From Carcharhinus longimanus (lineage: Eukaryota), in NCBI GenBank assembly GCA_030264375.1, contig JASCQW010000043.1, positions 78,979,069 through 79,043,068 on the forward strand: a stretch of 64,000 bases of DNA, written 5' to 3'. Under the pieces are notes generated by a model. That model was given only the letters and a program-made list of their open reading frames with translations. It was not told the origin of the DNA and did not search any database. Shown in pieces: positions 1 through 12,904 of this stretch. Numbering within the stretch: the stretch's first letter is position 1; each line of letters starts with the position of its first letter. The position numbers and the translations under genes are program-made.

Positions 1-530
1 ACTAAGGAAATTTGGCATGTCAGCTACGACTCTCACCAACTTTACAGATGCACCATAGAAAGCATTCTTTTTGGTTGTATCACAGCTTGGTATGGCTCCT
101 GTTCTGCCCAAGACCACAAGGACCAACAAAATGTTGTGAATGTAGCCCAATCCATTACGCAAATCAGCCTCCATCCACTGACTCTGTCTATACTTCCCGC
201 TGTCTCGGCAAAGCAGCCAGCATAATTAAGGAACCCACGCACCCTGGACATTCTCTCTTCCACCTTCTTCCAGCGGGAAAAAGATACAAAAGTCTGAGGT
301 CATGTAGTAGCCCACTCAAGAACAGTTTCTTCCCTGCTGCCATCAGCATTTTGAATGGACCTACCTTACATTAAGTTGATCTTTCTCTACACCCTAACTC
401 TGACTGTAACACTACATTCTGCACACTCTTGTTTTCTTCTCTATGAACAGTATGCTTTGTCTGTATAGCGCATGCGAAACAATACTTTTCACTGTATGTT
501 AATACATGTGACATTAATAAAGCACATCAA
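1..530 (+). mobile_element. Rex1/Babar-type LINE 3' end (decayed RT C-terminus)
   Basis: Frameshifted translation LRKFGMSATTLTN..RCTIESIL.GCITAWYGSC...YTSRCLGKAASIIKEPTHPGHSLFHLLPAGKRYKSL, typical of the Rex1 C-terminus. Followed by a 3' UTR with AATAAA. Confidence 0.85.
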
Positions 531-2656
531 ATTGTATTGCCATTTGAGGGGACTCTCAAAGAGATTTCAATGTGGGACGACCAGTGTTTTAGTTCCTCAT
601 ATTCATATAGAACATAATTTGCAGAAGGAGTAAACAGTACTCTACATAAACATACCAGAACTAAAAGTAGCAGAAAAAAAGGAAGCATAACTATTATCGT
701 GGCAAACAGGATTAAGCTAGCAGCTGCTATACAAAAAAAAACTTGATTTGAGATCTTTATTTAATAAAAGCTAATAGGTGACCATCAACATCCTCAGCTA
801 ATTTGAAGCAAAGAAACACTAAGTTCACAATTGGCACGTTATACTTCCAACACAAATCAAATTGGTGACCGTCAGTCCTACAGTAATTAGCTTGATACCA
901 GTTTTCCATAGTATTACAGTTTTTAATGGGAGGTAATCCTTCACATATACAATGGGATCTTATGACCTCACTCAACTCAAAACTGTAAAATCCTGCCCCA
1001 GATTAACGAACATTTCCACGGTAACACAAGTACCACCTGAAGGAGCGGTTCTCTGCAGTGTTCGGCTGTGTACCGGATGCAAAAATAAATTAACTGCCTA
1101 TAAAGCTGAATTAAAAAATCAGGAGGCAATCACATGATCAATGTTTAATCTTAGGATATAACTGTTTTTAGGAAAGAGCTGTGCGGATCATCAGCTCTCT
1201 CCTGTGCTTTTTATCTATCTACATATTAACCCTTTATTAGGAGACAACTCTGTGCTGTTCCTGATGCTCCAAAAATATCCGCAATGCCAAACCAGCACAG
1301 ACAACATGAATAGTATGATAAACTATTTTTAAAAAATCTGCTTTTAAAAGTAAGGGTCTATTTCTCCCCCAGCCCTCCTCATCATTTTAAATCATACCCT
1401 CCAGGTTTTGATGGCATTGATTGCTGCTTGTATCAGTTACAGCTGGGAGAACTGCTCACAGCCTTTATAACTTTACCAATTTAAATGAGCAGTGCCACAT
1501 ACAATGCTGATCTACATCCCTTTACAATTATCAATATCGATATTGGCCCAATGCAGCCTTAGCTGTGGCTGTTGAGTCACATCTCAGCCTTTATAATTGT
1601 AGCTGACAGTAACCACTGACTGAGACGTAACTCACATCCAGATGCCATCAGAAACAAATACAAAGGGTTTTCAGATCACTGTTCAGTCCGAGCAAAGCCA
1701 CGAAACGAAACTTGGCCACTGTTTTCATTTCCTGTTATTTGAAATGTAGGCTGAGAAGTTTGATGTTTATTAGGGGAAAAGAGATTGCAGTATATTTTGC
1801 TTTTTCAGGAGTGAATGTTCTTTTTCATTTGTGTGATACAGGGAATAAGACTACATTGAACACTGCCCTTGCTTGATTCAGACTATAAACTATCCATCTT
1901 ATTTCTAATTGTACAAACTACATTTGTAGAGGTCGTAACTCTAGGGGGAGAAACTCTCACACCAGATCCACAGCAGTATCTCAGTGACTGAACCAAAACG
2001 GGAAACATAGCAACTGGCAGACTGGGGCAATGCATGCCCTTTAATTCAGTGTTAAAGCTGGTTAGAAAAGCTTTGCACACTGCTTGTGGACAGAAGGATG
2101 GGATAGAGACAGTGTCTATAACTGGAGCCTGGAATAAATGAGTAGCCTCACTGTCACTGGGCTCAGTGTCCCTGCAAAATACTTCGTCAGCTTGGTTCCC
2201 GTCAGGGTTACGGGGCAGGGGAGCATAGGCCAAGAGACATGTGTGTTGCAGCAAGGTTGCTAACTTACTAATTACAACCATGAATTCACTGGCAGTGTTT
2301 GAGCTTCACATCATTGATCAGGTACAGGTGAAGCGGGAGCTACAGCTCACAGATTGATGACGTCGTCACTGCCTTTGTGCATGAACAATGAAGACTTTCA
2401 ATTACAAAGCTGCAGTGAATGTAAAATTAATTCTTCACAGTCGCCGCATATGCCAAACCTGATACTAATTCAAATTATTTTGCCAATCATATGTCACAGA
2501 CAGAACGTGTGTGCTGTCATTGTCTTTGTTTATTTTGAATGGAAAGAGGCATGTCTTTCCTTTCCCTTGGAGTGTGTATGCCAATTAAATAACTTAGCAG
2601 CAAGCTTTTGTGAACTTAAAATGAAGAGGATTATTTATTCTGTCACACTCATCCTA

Positions 2657-3010
2657 TCATGGATCATAGAATCATAGAACCCTACAGTGCAGAAAGAGGC
2701 CCTTCAGCCATTGAGTCTGCACCGAACACAATCCCACCCAGGCGCTACCCCTATATCCCTACATATTTTACCCGCTAATCCCCCTAACCTACGCATCTCA
2801 CGACAGCAAGGGGAAATTTTTAGCATGGCCAATCAACCTAACCCGTGCATCTTTGGACTGTGGGAGGAAACTGGAGCACCTGGAGGAAACCCATGCAGAC
2901 ACGAGGAGAATGTGCAAACTCCACACAGACAATGACTTGAGCCAGGAATCAAACCCAGGCCCCTGAAGCTGTGGAGCAGCAGTGCTAACCACTGTGCTAC
3001 CGTGCCGCCC
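2657..3010 (-). mobile_element. HE1/V-SINE-type tRNA-derived SINE, near full length
   Basis: Reverse complement begins GGGCGGCACGGTAGCACAGTGGTTAGCACTGCTG (A box) with a B-box-like GGGTTTGATTCC. Central core gattggccatgctaaa; tail of ttctatga repeats. Confidence 0.9.
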
Positions 3011-6000
3011 TGAATTAATGTAACATCTCGGCAGCATATATACACAAGATTGCATACAGATGAAGGTGGTGCACTTCTATATACAGAGATTGATTGAGTT
3101 TCTAATTTATGATTTCTGGTTTTCCATGTTGCAGGCCTGTGGTTTCTTGAATGGATTTGATGACTTAAAATTGAAGTGAGCATCTTGTAAAGCAAAAGCT
3201 TCACAGCAGGTTGCAGGATTTCTTGTAGTTGAATATTTCAGAGATTGGTTCTCAGACGAACTTTGAAATTGGAATAGGTTAAGTACAGCAGTTGTTTGAT
3301 GACTTGCAGCTCGTTTGAGTCTGGTTCTCAGGACTGGCTGATGACTGATATTTCTGACGGATCTGCGGGATCCTGGGGTGATAAGGGTGAAATCCTTGAA
3401 ATCATCATCAATTTACATGTCTGCTGGGTTACATCCAGTCTAGTTGGGGGAGGCCACTGTTATAAAATGAGAAGTTAGTAGTGACCACCGAGTTTTGATC
3501 TTCCCTTTTGTCCAGTGCGAAACAGAGAGACAAGCAGTCTGGAAACTCCATAGAATTTAGGTTTAGTCCATCCTTAAACAAAGAGGTGTGTGAATTCCAT
3601 AAATGGATGAGAGGTTCCTTCTGCATAGTCTATATATAATTAGGTATTCACTGGAGACCTGCTACTGTTTGTAGTCCAAACGACAAACATCAGATGATTT
3701 GTGGCAACCACCTTAACAACTTGTTTGTGTCAATATTTAAAAGCATTGACTGAAAGTTCATATATGCCATGCTAGTACAGGGCATGGCAAAAGCTTTTAA
3801 AGGCCTGAGATCTTAAACTTTGAAGGCCAAAACTTCACAACCTCACTGAATTTAAAAGTGATTAGACATCACCAGAAAATATAGTCATTCTCACAATCTT
3901 TGAGGCACACTGCAGCCTGCAAGAACTTTTAGCTTGTATAACTATAGCCCCATTCCATTTTTACCAAGGCTTTTTCATTTTTGCCACAAAAAAACTTGGG
4001 AGATAATTTATTGGAGAGAATCATAATATCCAAATTCTGGATATTTCTGGCCTTTCACCCTTGGAATAAGCATTTGAATCCAGCCCAAATTAATCTGTCA
4101 AAGTATCATCTCAATTAGTACAAAATTGATACCAAAGATACAATATTAACCTACATAGAAAACAGAAATGAAGGAATTTTTAAACAGATTAGATAGCTGG
4201 GTGAAGAAAATGGAAATGCAGGGACTTGGACACTGAATGGGTACATGAGATGATTTCTATTAATGTGGAGGATAAGTAGCAATGCAGCCCTGTTGCACTA
4301 AAAATATTTTGATTTCACGTCGTAATTTTTGTGTGTGCTACAACTGGTTTAAAATAATGTGGTGTGATACTGGTTTTGAAATTGTGGTTGCAATGACAGA
4401 AAAAATTGTCAGAGTTCATCATCATTACCAGGCAAAACTGAAATTTGCACAAATGTGGTTACATGTGAAAATCTGCAAGCTACTGTCAGAGACAGCCTGC
4501 TCCTTCATAGAGCGACATGTTGCTGTCTTTGCATTGCAATTAAAAGCGTAACCAGTTCCATCTTTTATTCTCGCTGCAAGAACAAGGAAAATGTCAAGTC
4601 TTGCTTTATCAGCAGCAACTGTGATTTTAACAATTTAGTAACTCAAATTACTGCTAAAACAGCAGTAAACTTACGGACCCAGAAAAGCTATATTTCCAAA
4701 GTGTGGAGTGTAATTTCCTTAAGAGTAGGATTTAAAGTATTCATGATTTTGAAAACAATGAAAACTAATGTAGTCTAGTGCCTCCATCATTGCATGTGCG
4801 AGTCCCAATCTCTATATTGCTTTCTGCACCATGATTAAAATGTGAATGACAATCCCTACTTTTTACTTCCTGCTTATGAGAATTTTTCAATCTGACTGGC
4901 TGTTCAGCCTGCTTGTCCCCTGTGCTGTTTTTGGACACTATAAGTGGTGCCAAATACAAATTTACATTTAAAATAGAGGATGTCTAAGCACGAGAGCTTG
5001 TCTAAATTTTGTGGATAATTCTTCTTGAGGTCAGTGGTGAGTGCTGGGCCTGTGACGCGGACCAGAAAATGTGCGCCGGTATTGATAAAGACAGTGGTGC
5101 ATTGTATTAAATTCTTTGATCCACTCTTTTTTTCTGAAAAGCCAATAACCCAGTTGGATTAAATACATTAATGCCTTCATTAAACTAGCATAGATGCTCA
5201 TTACTAGCATTACACCACAATTTTAGCCCAATTATTGGAGTAAAGCAGAATTGGTAAATATCCTGCTTTGAATGCAACTGAGCAATATACAACTAACTGA
5301 AGGGAAAAATTAAAATACTGCAGGTGCTAGAAGTCTGAAATAAAATAGAAATGTTGGAAAAGTTCAGCAGGTCCGGCAGCATCTGTGAAGAGAGAAACAG
5401 AGTCTGTATGACTCTTTTTCAGAGCTGAGTGGTCTGCAATAACTTCACTGGTCACATTCAGGAAAATGGCAGGATAATAGACTTGCCCTCAGTGATCCCA
5501 AGCAAGTTTTTGTTTATTCATTTGTGGGACATGGGCGTCGCTGGCTGGCCAGCATTTACTGCCCATCTCTAGCTGCCCTTGGAGGGTAGCTGACAGTCAA
5601 CCAAATTGCTGTGGCTCTGGAGTCACGTGTAGGCCAGACTGGGTAAGGAAGGCAGATTTCCTTCCCTGAAGGACATTAGAGAACCAGGTAGGTGAGGAGG
5701 AAATCCACAAGGATTTTGACTGCTAATCACTGTAGAGTGATCCCTGATGGAAAGTGATTAAGGGATACGGAGCAGAGGCAGGCAATGGCGTTGAGGTACC
5801 GATCAGCCATTGCAAACAGGCCCCATGTGGTTGAATGGCCTATCCTTTTCCTACGACGTTGGATGAGAATAGGGTCAGATTTGGCTATGACAAATATCTG
5901 TCAGCACTCAATTTCTTCATTCACGTATAAAGAATGGGAAGATTGTTGAATTACTGTAGAGGTGATAGTACACATGGGGAACACGTCCTGAACATGTCTA

Positions 6001-6156
6001 TGCTTTCACGGTAAGACAAAATTAAAAGTGGAGGACAGAAAGGGACAAAAATAAAATACATCGAGATAGATTACATAAAGGACTATTTCAGCCCGAAGTC
6101 AAAGCTATCCAATCTGTTTTTTTATATTTACTTCAAAGGGAACTGTTTGTACTCAC

Positions 6157-6261
6157 GGAGTTCATTCCACTATTGAAAACATCTCCTGATCCTACATGGG
6201 CCGTGTGAACAAAGTTTGTCGGCTCTCCTATCATGCTTCGGTCAATCCGCCGTCGCCGCTT
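6157..6261 (-). CDS. CDC42SE2: CDC42SE2 second coding exon (basic stretch plus CRIB domain)
   Basis: ctgttttag|AAG CGG CGA CGG CGG ATT GAC ... ATG AAC TCC|gtgagt. 105 nt, phase 0/0, encoding [35 protein letters not shown] with the CRIB consensus [14 protein letters not shown]. Joins in frame to 40740. Confidence 0.96.
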
Positions 6262-7493
6262 CTAAAACAGAAGAGAGGGTCGTCAGAATTCTCTCCCCGT
6301 TACACAGCTCACAACCACAACAAGAAGAATGTTTCAGTTTCCATTATAGTTACTGTACCTGCTTCCAAAAGGCAGCGACATTGAGACCCATTCACCACCT
6401 TAATAAACACAGGCAAGTGTTTCCGGGATTCCATTCAAATTCTGCTCCATTATAGAAACTGAAGAACTGCCAAATCTAAATGGTCCTTGACTTACTAACG
6501 GCTTCCATTTTAACCACAACAGTGTATAAACCAGCACACTGATTGTGTGTGTGGTTTGTGTCTAACAGGGGTACTGACTACAAGTGTATTGATGCATATG
6601 CTGGTACAGTACAGGGTCTTTGAGATGTGATCCCTTGTCAAAGAACTGCAACACAGAAGCCCAGATCTTAATCTGCAGCCTCCATTTGGGACAGGTTGGA
6701 AAGCCCGCAGCCTGGCTTGATCCTGGCCTCCATTTTTCATTATTCTGAACTGCCTCTCCTTCCCCTTCCCCCACCCCTCCTTCCCCCTGCTCCAAAGCCA
6801 AAAGGAAGAACACAAAGCTGGTCGGAGGCGACATGTATTTACGCAGAAGCTGGACTCAACGAGTAGCCATGGAAATGGTCCCTTGACATAAAGTTAGTCC
6901 CATTGAGGAGAGGCTTCCTAACAGTAACCAGTGCTGGAGGAGAGATTGAGATGGCCAGGGCTGGAAGCTTGAGGTTAGCGTACCTGCTCCTCACAAAATA
7001 CTTACGTTTGCCTCTTCTGGTCACACTATTGCCCATCTTGGAGTTTCACTGAGGCACCAATGCCAAGTGAGCCTCCTCATATCACAAGTTAAAATTGCGA
7101 TTGTAATATTATTGGGCTTTGACTTTGGAATGATAAGCAAACCCACCTGTGCCCGAATTCTGTTTGATAAAAAGAGCAGGGAAGGGGGCAGCAGGGAAGG
7201 AGGGTGCATTACCCCACATCACCATCTTAACATCCCACCAATCCTGTTCACACCAGCTAGGCTGTGTTAAAATCAGGGTTACAAAGACTAATCTTGCTAA
7301 TGAAATTCCAAATCTGTCTTCCAACTGTTCATAGTCAACTCTGACAAGCAGTTACACACTCTGGGCGGAGTCTTCCAATATATTTTCCAGTGTCAGTTGC
7401 AGAAAGAAAACCAGTGCAGCTCTCCAGCTGCAGCACTGGTCGCTGTTGGGGCGACAAGGAAGTCCCGGGGAAGAAGACAACATATAAACACAT

Positions 7494-7820
7494 GGGGTGG
7501 CACGGTGGCAAAGTGGTTAGCACTGCTGCTTCACAGCACCAGGGACACAGGTTCGATTCCCGGCTTGGGTCGCCGGCTGTGCGGAGTCTGCATGTTCTCC
7601 CCACGTCTGCGAGGATTTCTTCCGGGTGCTCCGGGTTTCCTCCCACAGTCCAACAATGTGTGGGTTAGGTCGATTGGCCATACTAAATCGTCCCATTGTC
7701 AGAACGACTAGCTAGGGTAAGCGCACATGATTGTGGGGATAGAGACTGGGTGGGATTGTGATCTGTGCATACTCAATGAGCCGAATGGCCTCCTTCTACA
7801 CTGTGGGATTCTATGATTCC
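7494..7820 (+). mobile_element. HE1/V-SINE-type SINE
   Basis: ggggtggcacggtggcaaagtggttagcactgctg...ggttcgattcccggc...ctatgattc tail. Confidence 0.9.
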
Positions 7821-9526
7821 ATGCCCATCGCACTTAGTGTTGAAAAGTGGCATCGTTCTTTGGTGCTACTGAAATTCTGACCCAGTTTTCTGGTTTGGGG
7901 TTCATACTGAATGGTTGATTCCCGATAACAGAGAGGGAGAATGTCAATGGCCTGGTGCGACAAGTCTTCACAGTAATGCCTGGGATTTCTGATCAGGAGG
8001 GCAATGAAAACAAAAGCTTCATAAATAATTCTAAATTGTTGAACTACTCCCAACAGTCATGTCAATGGATTGTTCCATGTATGTAACATAAACCATACAA
8101 TATTTGATTGTAAAACACACTGTTTGCTGGATTCAACAGGCTTAATTGTCATATTGCGTTGGCCCCAACAGCCACATAGTTAAATTGACAGCCAAGTATG
8201 GCACTGAGGGCAATCAAAACCAGGAGGATTTAATTCTCAATCTGATGTTGGACAAAATTGCTGTAATATCTAGCCTCAGTAGGCCTGACCAAGACAGTAG
8301 GGATGCTGGAAAGGCTCAAGCATCCATGGCACTTGGGGGTGGTTGGGGAATTCCACAATCTTTTGGCAGTTGTGCATTACAGCACAGATCCACCTTTTCA
8401 GCAGAGGAAGATTAAAGGACCCAAGAGCAAGAAACAAAAAGCGTACAAAGCCCACATCACTATTTCCCTGCTGCACCCACATAATTACCACAGCAAAGCA
8501 CATTTTCCTTAGTAGTCACTCTGTGGGCTGCTACAGTTTATATTCAACTCTATCTTAACGGGCAGATCATAAACTTTCTCAAAAATTGTGCAAATGCAGT
8601 ACAGATGACAAGCTTGTGTATAGGCCTTTAATTATGGACTGAAGAATTCCATATGGATTTTTTTAAAAAACAGAGACACTAGCCCAGGAAATAAAAACAC
8701 AGCTATTCACTGAAAGTGGAAATATGTATTTATTCTGTTTAACCTGTGGATTCCATTCACAAATAATTTTGTAAGAGATTTCCTTACATACACAATACCA
8801 TTTCCTATCCTTTCCTCTGAACTTTGTCGTAAGCCTCTAGAAAAGTGGAAAGACTTTTTTCAGTCCCCTGCAATGACTACAAACAGGAAAGTTTGTGGTG
8901 CATCTGAATTCCATGTATTTGGACAAAAACATTCTCCATCAGAAAATTGAGACAGCGTAATTGAAATAGCAATAAAATGGATGCATTGCCAAAATTGGCT
9001 GATGCCCGGTGAGGTCCTGGCCTTTCAGGTAAGCTTGCCATTTCAAGAGATGAAAATCCTCAACAAAACTGTGTGAGGTAATGGTAAACCAAAGGCCATA
9101 TAACCCAAGGAATCTATCAGGGAGCAGAGTGGGATATCACCCTAGTAAGTGTGGGCCTTCTGTACCCAGAGCCACCTGAGGAATTGATTGTAGGCATAAG
9201 GCTTCAAGCCCCCTGTATGGTTTTAACCTGTAAATAGAGGAGTTGTGTTTTCCCTAAACCGATGAACAGGCATCTTTACACTTCCTTTGTTCACTATTTA
9301 TACCAAAACTGAGAATAGAGTTTCAGCCAAAAACATCCATGCAATCAATCTGGACGGAATTGACAAAAGCTGCTCAAAAGGATTGGGGAATTTTAAACCC
9401 AAGTTACACCTCAATATATTTGCGTTGTCCACAACCTCTTACAGCGGTTTAAGATTAAATTCACTTAGCTCAGATCCCACCCATAAAATTGTCCACATCT
9501 CTTAAAGAATATTCACATGACAGCCC

Positions 9527-9746
9527 TATGTCATTGAAGAACCAGGATATAGAGCAACATGTGACCTGCAGGCTACTGTTAGTGGTGCTGTTGTATCCCT
9601 AGTGTTTTGTTGAAGTCATGTGTAATGTGTATATATACTGGTTCTAGTCTTTAAGTAAATAGAACCTATTTATGGTTTACCAATGCTGTGTGTGTGAGAG
9701 AGAGAGAGACTGGTGGAGTTTGTGTATAGAAGCCAGAAACACAACA
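9527..9746 (+). mobile_element. Candidate solo LTR
   Basis: 220-bp segment ending ACAACA, with a degenerate TATGT start, a TATA-like tatatata and a taaa signal. Flanked by GCCC on both sides (9523-9526, 9747-9750). Confidence 0.35.
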
Positions 9747-10249
9747 GCCCGCAGATCGACATTGCGAGATTCTACCAATTACGCAAGTTCAGGGAGGCTC
9801 TTCAAGTTGTGCTCTTTTCTTATCTAGGTCCACAAAAGTAGTAAAATTTTGTAAAATGTATTTTCATGTTAAAAAAATTACATATTTATTAAGAAACTGA
9901 CCAGTGCATGACAATGAAGGTACTATTTAGTACTTAAAAAATATATTTTCAGCAATTTTCAATCAGGTTACACACCATCACTTCTTTATTAAAGAAAGAT
10001 TATTTGCTTAAAAATCCATCTTCACAGGTATTAATAAAATTATACCTGGTTACGTATCTTGAATACAGTGAGGAATTTATCTTAATGGAGGAAAAACGTC
10101 AATTATGTGATATGTGCTAATCCGTGGGAGATTTGCTCTGGGGCTGAAGCAGACTATTCATAAAGTATGTTTCCTGTGACCTCGGGATGAGCTTCAAATG
10201 ACATGGTCTGTTCTATTGCTAAAACCACCTGGTCCACCTCTGTAATACT

Positions 10250-10830
10250 GCCCGACTCAGCCCTGTCACAGGTCATCTTCTCCTGTCACCCTCACCTATC
10301 CCTTTGTTACCTCTAGCTTTGGGTTATTCTATGAACTTATGGCGTCCTCCATGCTTTACCTTCCATTAACTTGAGGTTATCCTAAACTCTGCTGCCTTTG
10401 TTCTTAATGCAACAAGCCCATTCACCCAACACCCTTGTGCTCACTAGTCCAACTGGCTCGATTTTTAAAATTCTCGTCCTTGTTTTCAAATTCCTTCTTG
10501 GTCTCACCCTTCTCTATCCCTATAATCTCCATCAGCATTTCAACCCTTCGAGATATCTGCACTTCTCTGATTTTGGCCTCTTGGGCAGACCAATTTTAAT
10601 TGCTCCACCAGGGGCCAGCTCCTAAAGTTCTGGAATTCCCTCCCCACACCTCACTTTCCACTTTTAAGACCCTCTTGAAAGCCAAATCTCTGACCAAACT
10701 TTTGATCATCTGCCTCAATATCTCCTTCTCTGTTAGGAAGTGCCCTATTTTGTTTAATAATGCCCTTTCTGAAGTGCCTTGGGACATGTTGTTACATTAA
10801 AGGCATTATATTTAAATAAGTTGGTTGTCA
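10250..10830 (+). mobile_element. L2-like LINE 3' end
   Basis: tttaaaattctcgtccttgttttcaaa...cttttaagaccctcttgaaa...tgccttgggacatgttgttacattaaaggcattatat. Related pieces at ~11600-11815 and ~13400-13590. Confidence 0.65.
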
Positions 10831-12159
10831 TTGCTGGTGATTATGAAAATTAATTTTAGTGAAAATTTGGACTGTAACTTAATCAGTGCAATTTCAAGAG
10901 CGTCTTGGGTGCAATTTCACAACTGAGCCTAATACAGAAACTGTACCCCTCATTCTTTATAGGCAGTTACAATTTTACTTTAATTAGTGACAAGAGGAAC
11001 TAAATATATCTGGGTATTTGGGCTGTTCAAGGCAGCTCTTCGCCTTGCCCTCCTGCGACCAGATGGCAAGTTGAGATTACGATTAGGTTTGTTTTCTAAA
11101 AAAAAAGCACTTTTACACCCACTGTATTCTTGAGTTGGCTGTGACTCCTTGCAATACTTGCAAGATATATGAACCAAAGATAGGCCAAATCCTATCTTTT
11201 GCTGCATATACTGTGAAACCTGAATCCTTCCTGGCCAAATCTCACGTTTATTTAATCAGGAGCGTGAACCAATTGGATTCCTGTAAGATTGTTTGACAAG
11301 AGGCGAGATTAGACCAATTAACACAAGCTGATGCGACAGGAAAATAAGCACAACTCAAACCAACCCATCCAAGTTTGCATACATGTAATTACAGAATAAC
11401 AGTGGAACTACTTTGTTTTTAAAGGTGAAGAAAAATACTTGAGTGGGCAAATAGATACTCAAGTTCCTCAGCGCCATGTGAGGTATGGTGCTCGGATTAG
11501 GTTTTTGGGCAGAGCACTGGTAACATCTCTTTTAGACAATCAGTCAATGATACAGCACAGAGAAATGTTCAATTGATTCCAACAGAGAACAATCTTTTCC
11601 ACTGATTTTTAAAATTCTCACCCTCGCTTTCAAATCCCTCCATGGTCTTGGCCCTCCTGTTCTCTGTAAAGTCCTCCAGCTCTAGGGCCTTCCAACAGGC
11701 TTGCATTCCACCAACTCTGGCCTCTTTTTGTATTCCTGGTTTTAATCACTTCACATTGGGAGCCAAACCTTCACCTGCCTGTGCTCCTAGCTCTGGAAGT
11801 CTCTCCCTTAATCTTTCATAGATCATACAGGTAAACAGCATAGAAAAAGGCCCTTTGGCCCATCACATCTGCACCAAAGACAAACCACTTAAATATTCTA
11901 AATCCATTTTCCAGCACTTGACGCGTAGCCTTGTATACCTTGATATTGCAAATGCACGTCTAAGTACATCTTAAAAGTTATGAGGGTCTCTGCCTACCCT
12001 TTCAGACAGTGAGTTCCAGACTCCCACCGTCCTTTGAAAGAAATGGCCAGATAATCAGTTTTAATGATGTTGGTTGAAGCACAAATATTGGCCAGAACAC
12101 AGAGGAGATCTCCCTTTCTCTTCAATGGTGTAATAAGATCTTTTACACTACATTTTACA

Positions 12160-12435
12160 TCCTGGACATATTTTCTTCCACCTTCTTCCGTTGGCTGGAA
12201 GATACAAAAGTCTGAGGTCACGTACCAACCAACTCAAGAACAGCTTCTTCCCTGCTACTGTCAGACTTCTGAATAGACCTACCTTTTATTAAACTGATCC
12301 TTCTCTATATTCCAGCTATGACTATAACACTACATTCTGTACCTTCTCCTTTCCTTCTCTCCTATGTACTCTATGAATGATATGCTTTGTCTGTATAATG
12401 AGCAAGAACCAATACTTTTCACTGTTTACCAATAC
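12160..12435 (+). mobile_element. Rex1/Babar LINE 3' fragment
   Basis: Colinear with 240-500 (ctggacat...ttccaccttcttcc...gatacaaaagtctgaggtca...aatacttttcactgt). Runs into a gap. Confidence 0.8.
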
Positions 12436-12582
12436 NNNNNNNNNNNNNNNNNNNNNNNNNNNNNNNNNNNNNNNNNNNNNNNNNNNNNNNNNNNNNNNNN
12501 NNNNNNNNNNNNNNNNNNNNNNNNNNNNNNNNNNNNNNNNNNNNNNNNACTAATTAATTCTGGCACCTTTATATAGGTCACT

Positions 12583-12904
12583 GGGGGCAGCACGATGGCA
12601 CAGTAGTTAGCACTGCTGCCTCATAGTGCCAGAGACCTGGGTTCGATTCCAGGTTTGGGTCACTGTATGTGGAGCTTGCACATTCCCCCAGTGTCTGCAT
12701 GGGTTACCTACGGGTCCTCTGGTTTCTTCCCGCAGTCCAAAGATGTGTGAGTTATGTGGATTGGCCATGCTAAATTGCCCCTTAGTGTTAGTGGAACTAG
12801 CTACGATAAAAGCGTGAGGTTATGGGAATAGGGCCTGGGTGGGATTGTGGTCGGTGCACACTCGATAGGCTGAATGGCCTCTTCCTGCACCATAGGATTC
12901 TATG
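12583..12904 (+). mobile_element. HE1/V-SINE-type SINE
   Basis: Same head, core and tail as 7494-7820. Confidence 0.9.

Noticed and set aside
2798-3204. Recurrent 'GGTVAQWLALL...CVEFA/LCGVC' peptides in many ORFs, and tRNA-like A/B boxes
   Set aside because: These are translations and heads of HE1-type SINEs, not genes or real tRNAs; no complete cloverleaf is present.
1-6156. Search for the final CDC42SE2 coding exon (expected VSSIQNQMQSKGGYG-like)
   Set aside because: No matching minus-strand sequence found; it probably lies beyond the left edge of the window.
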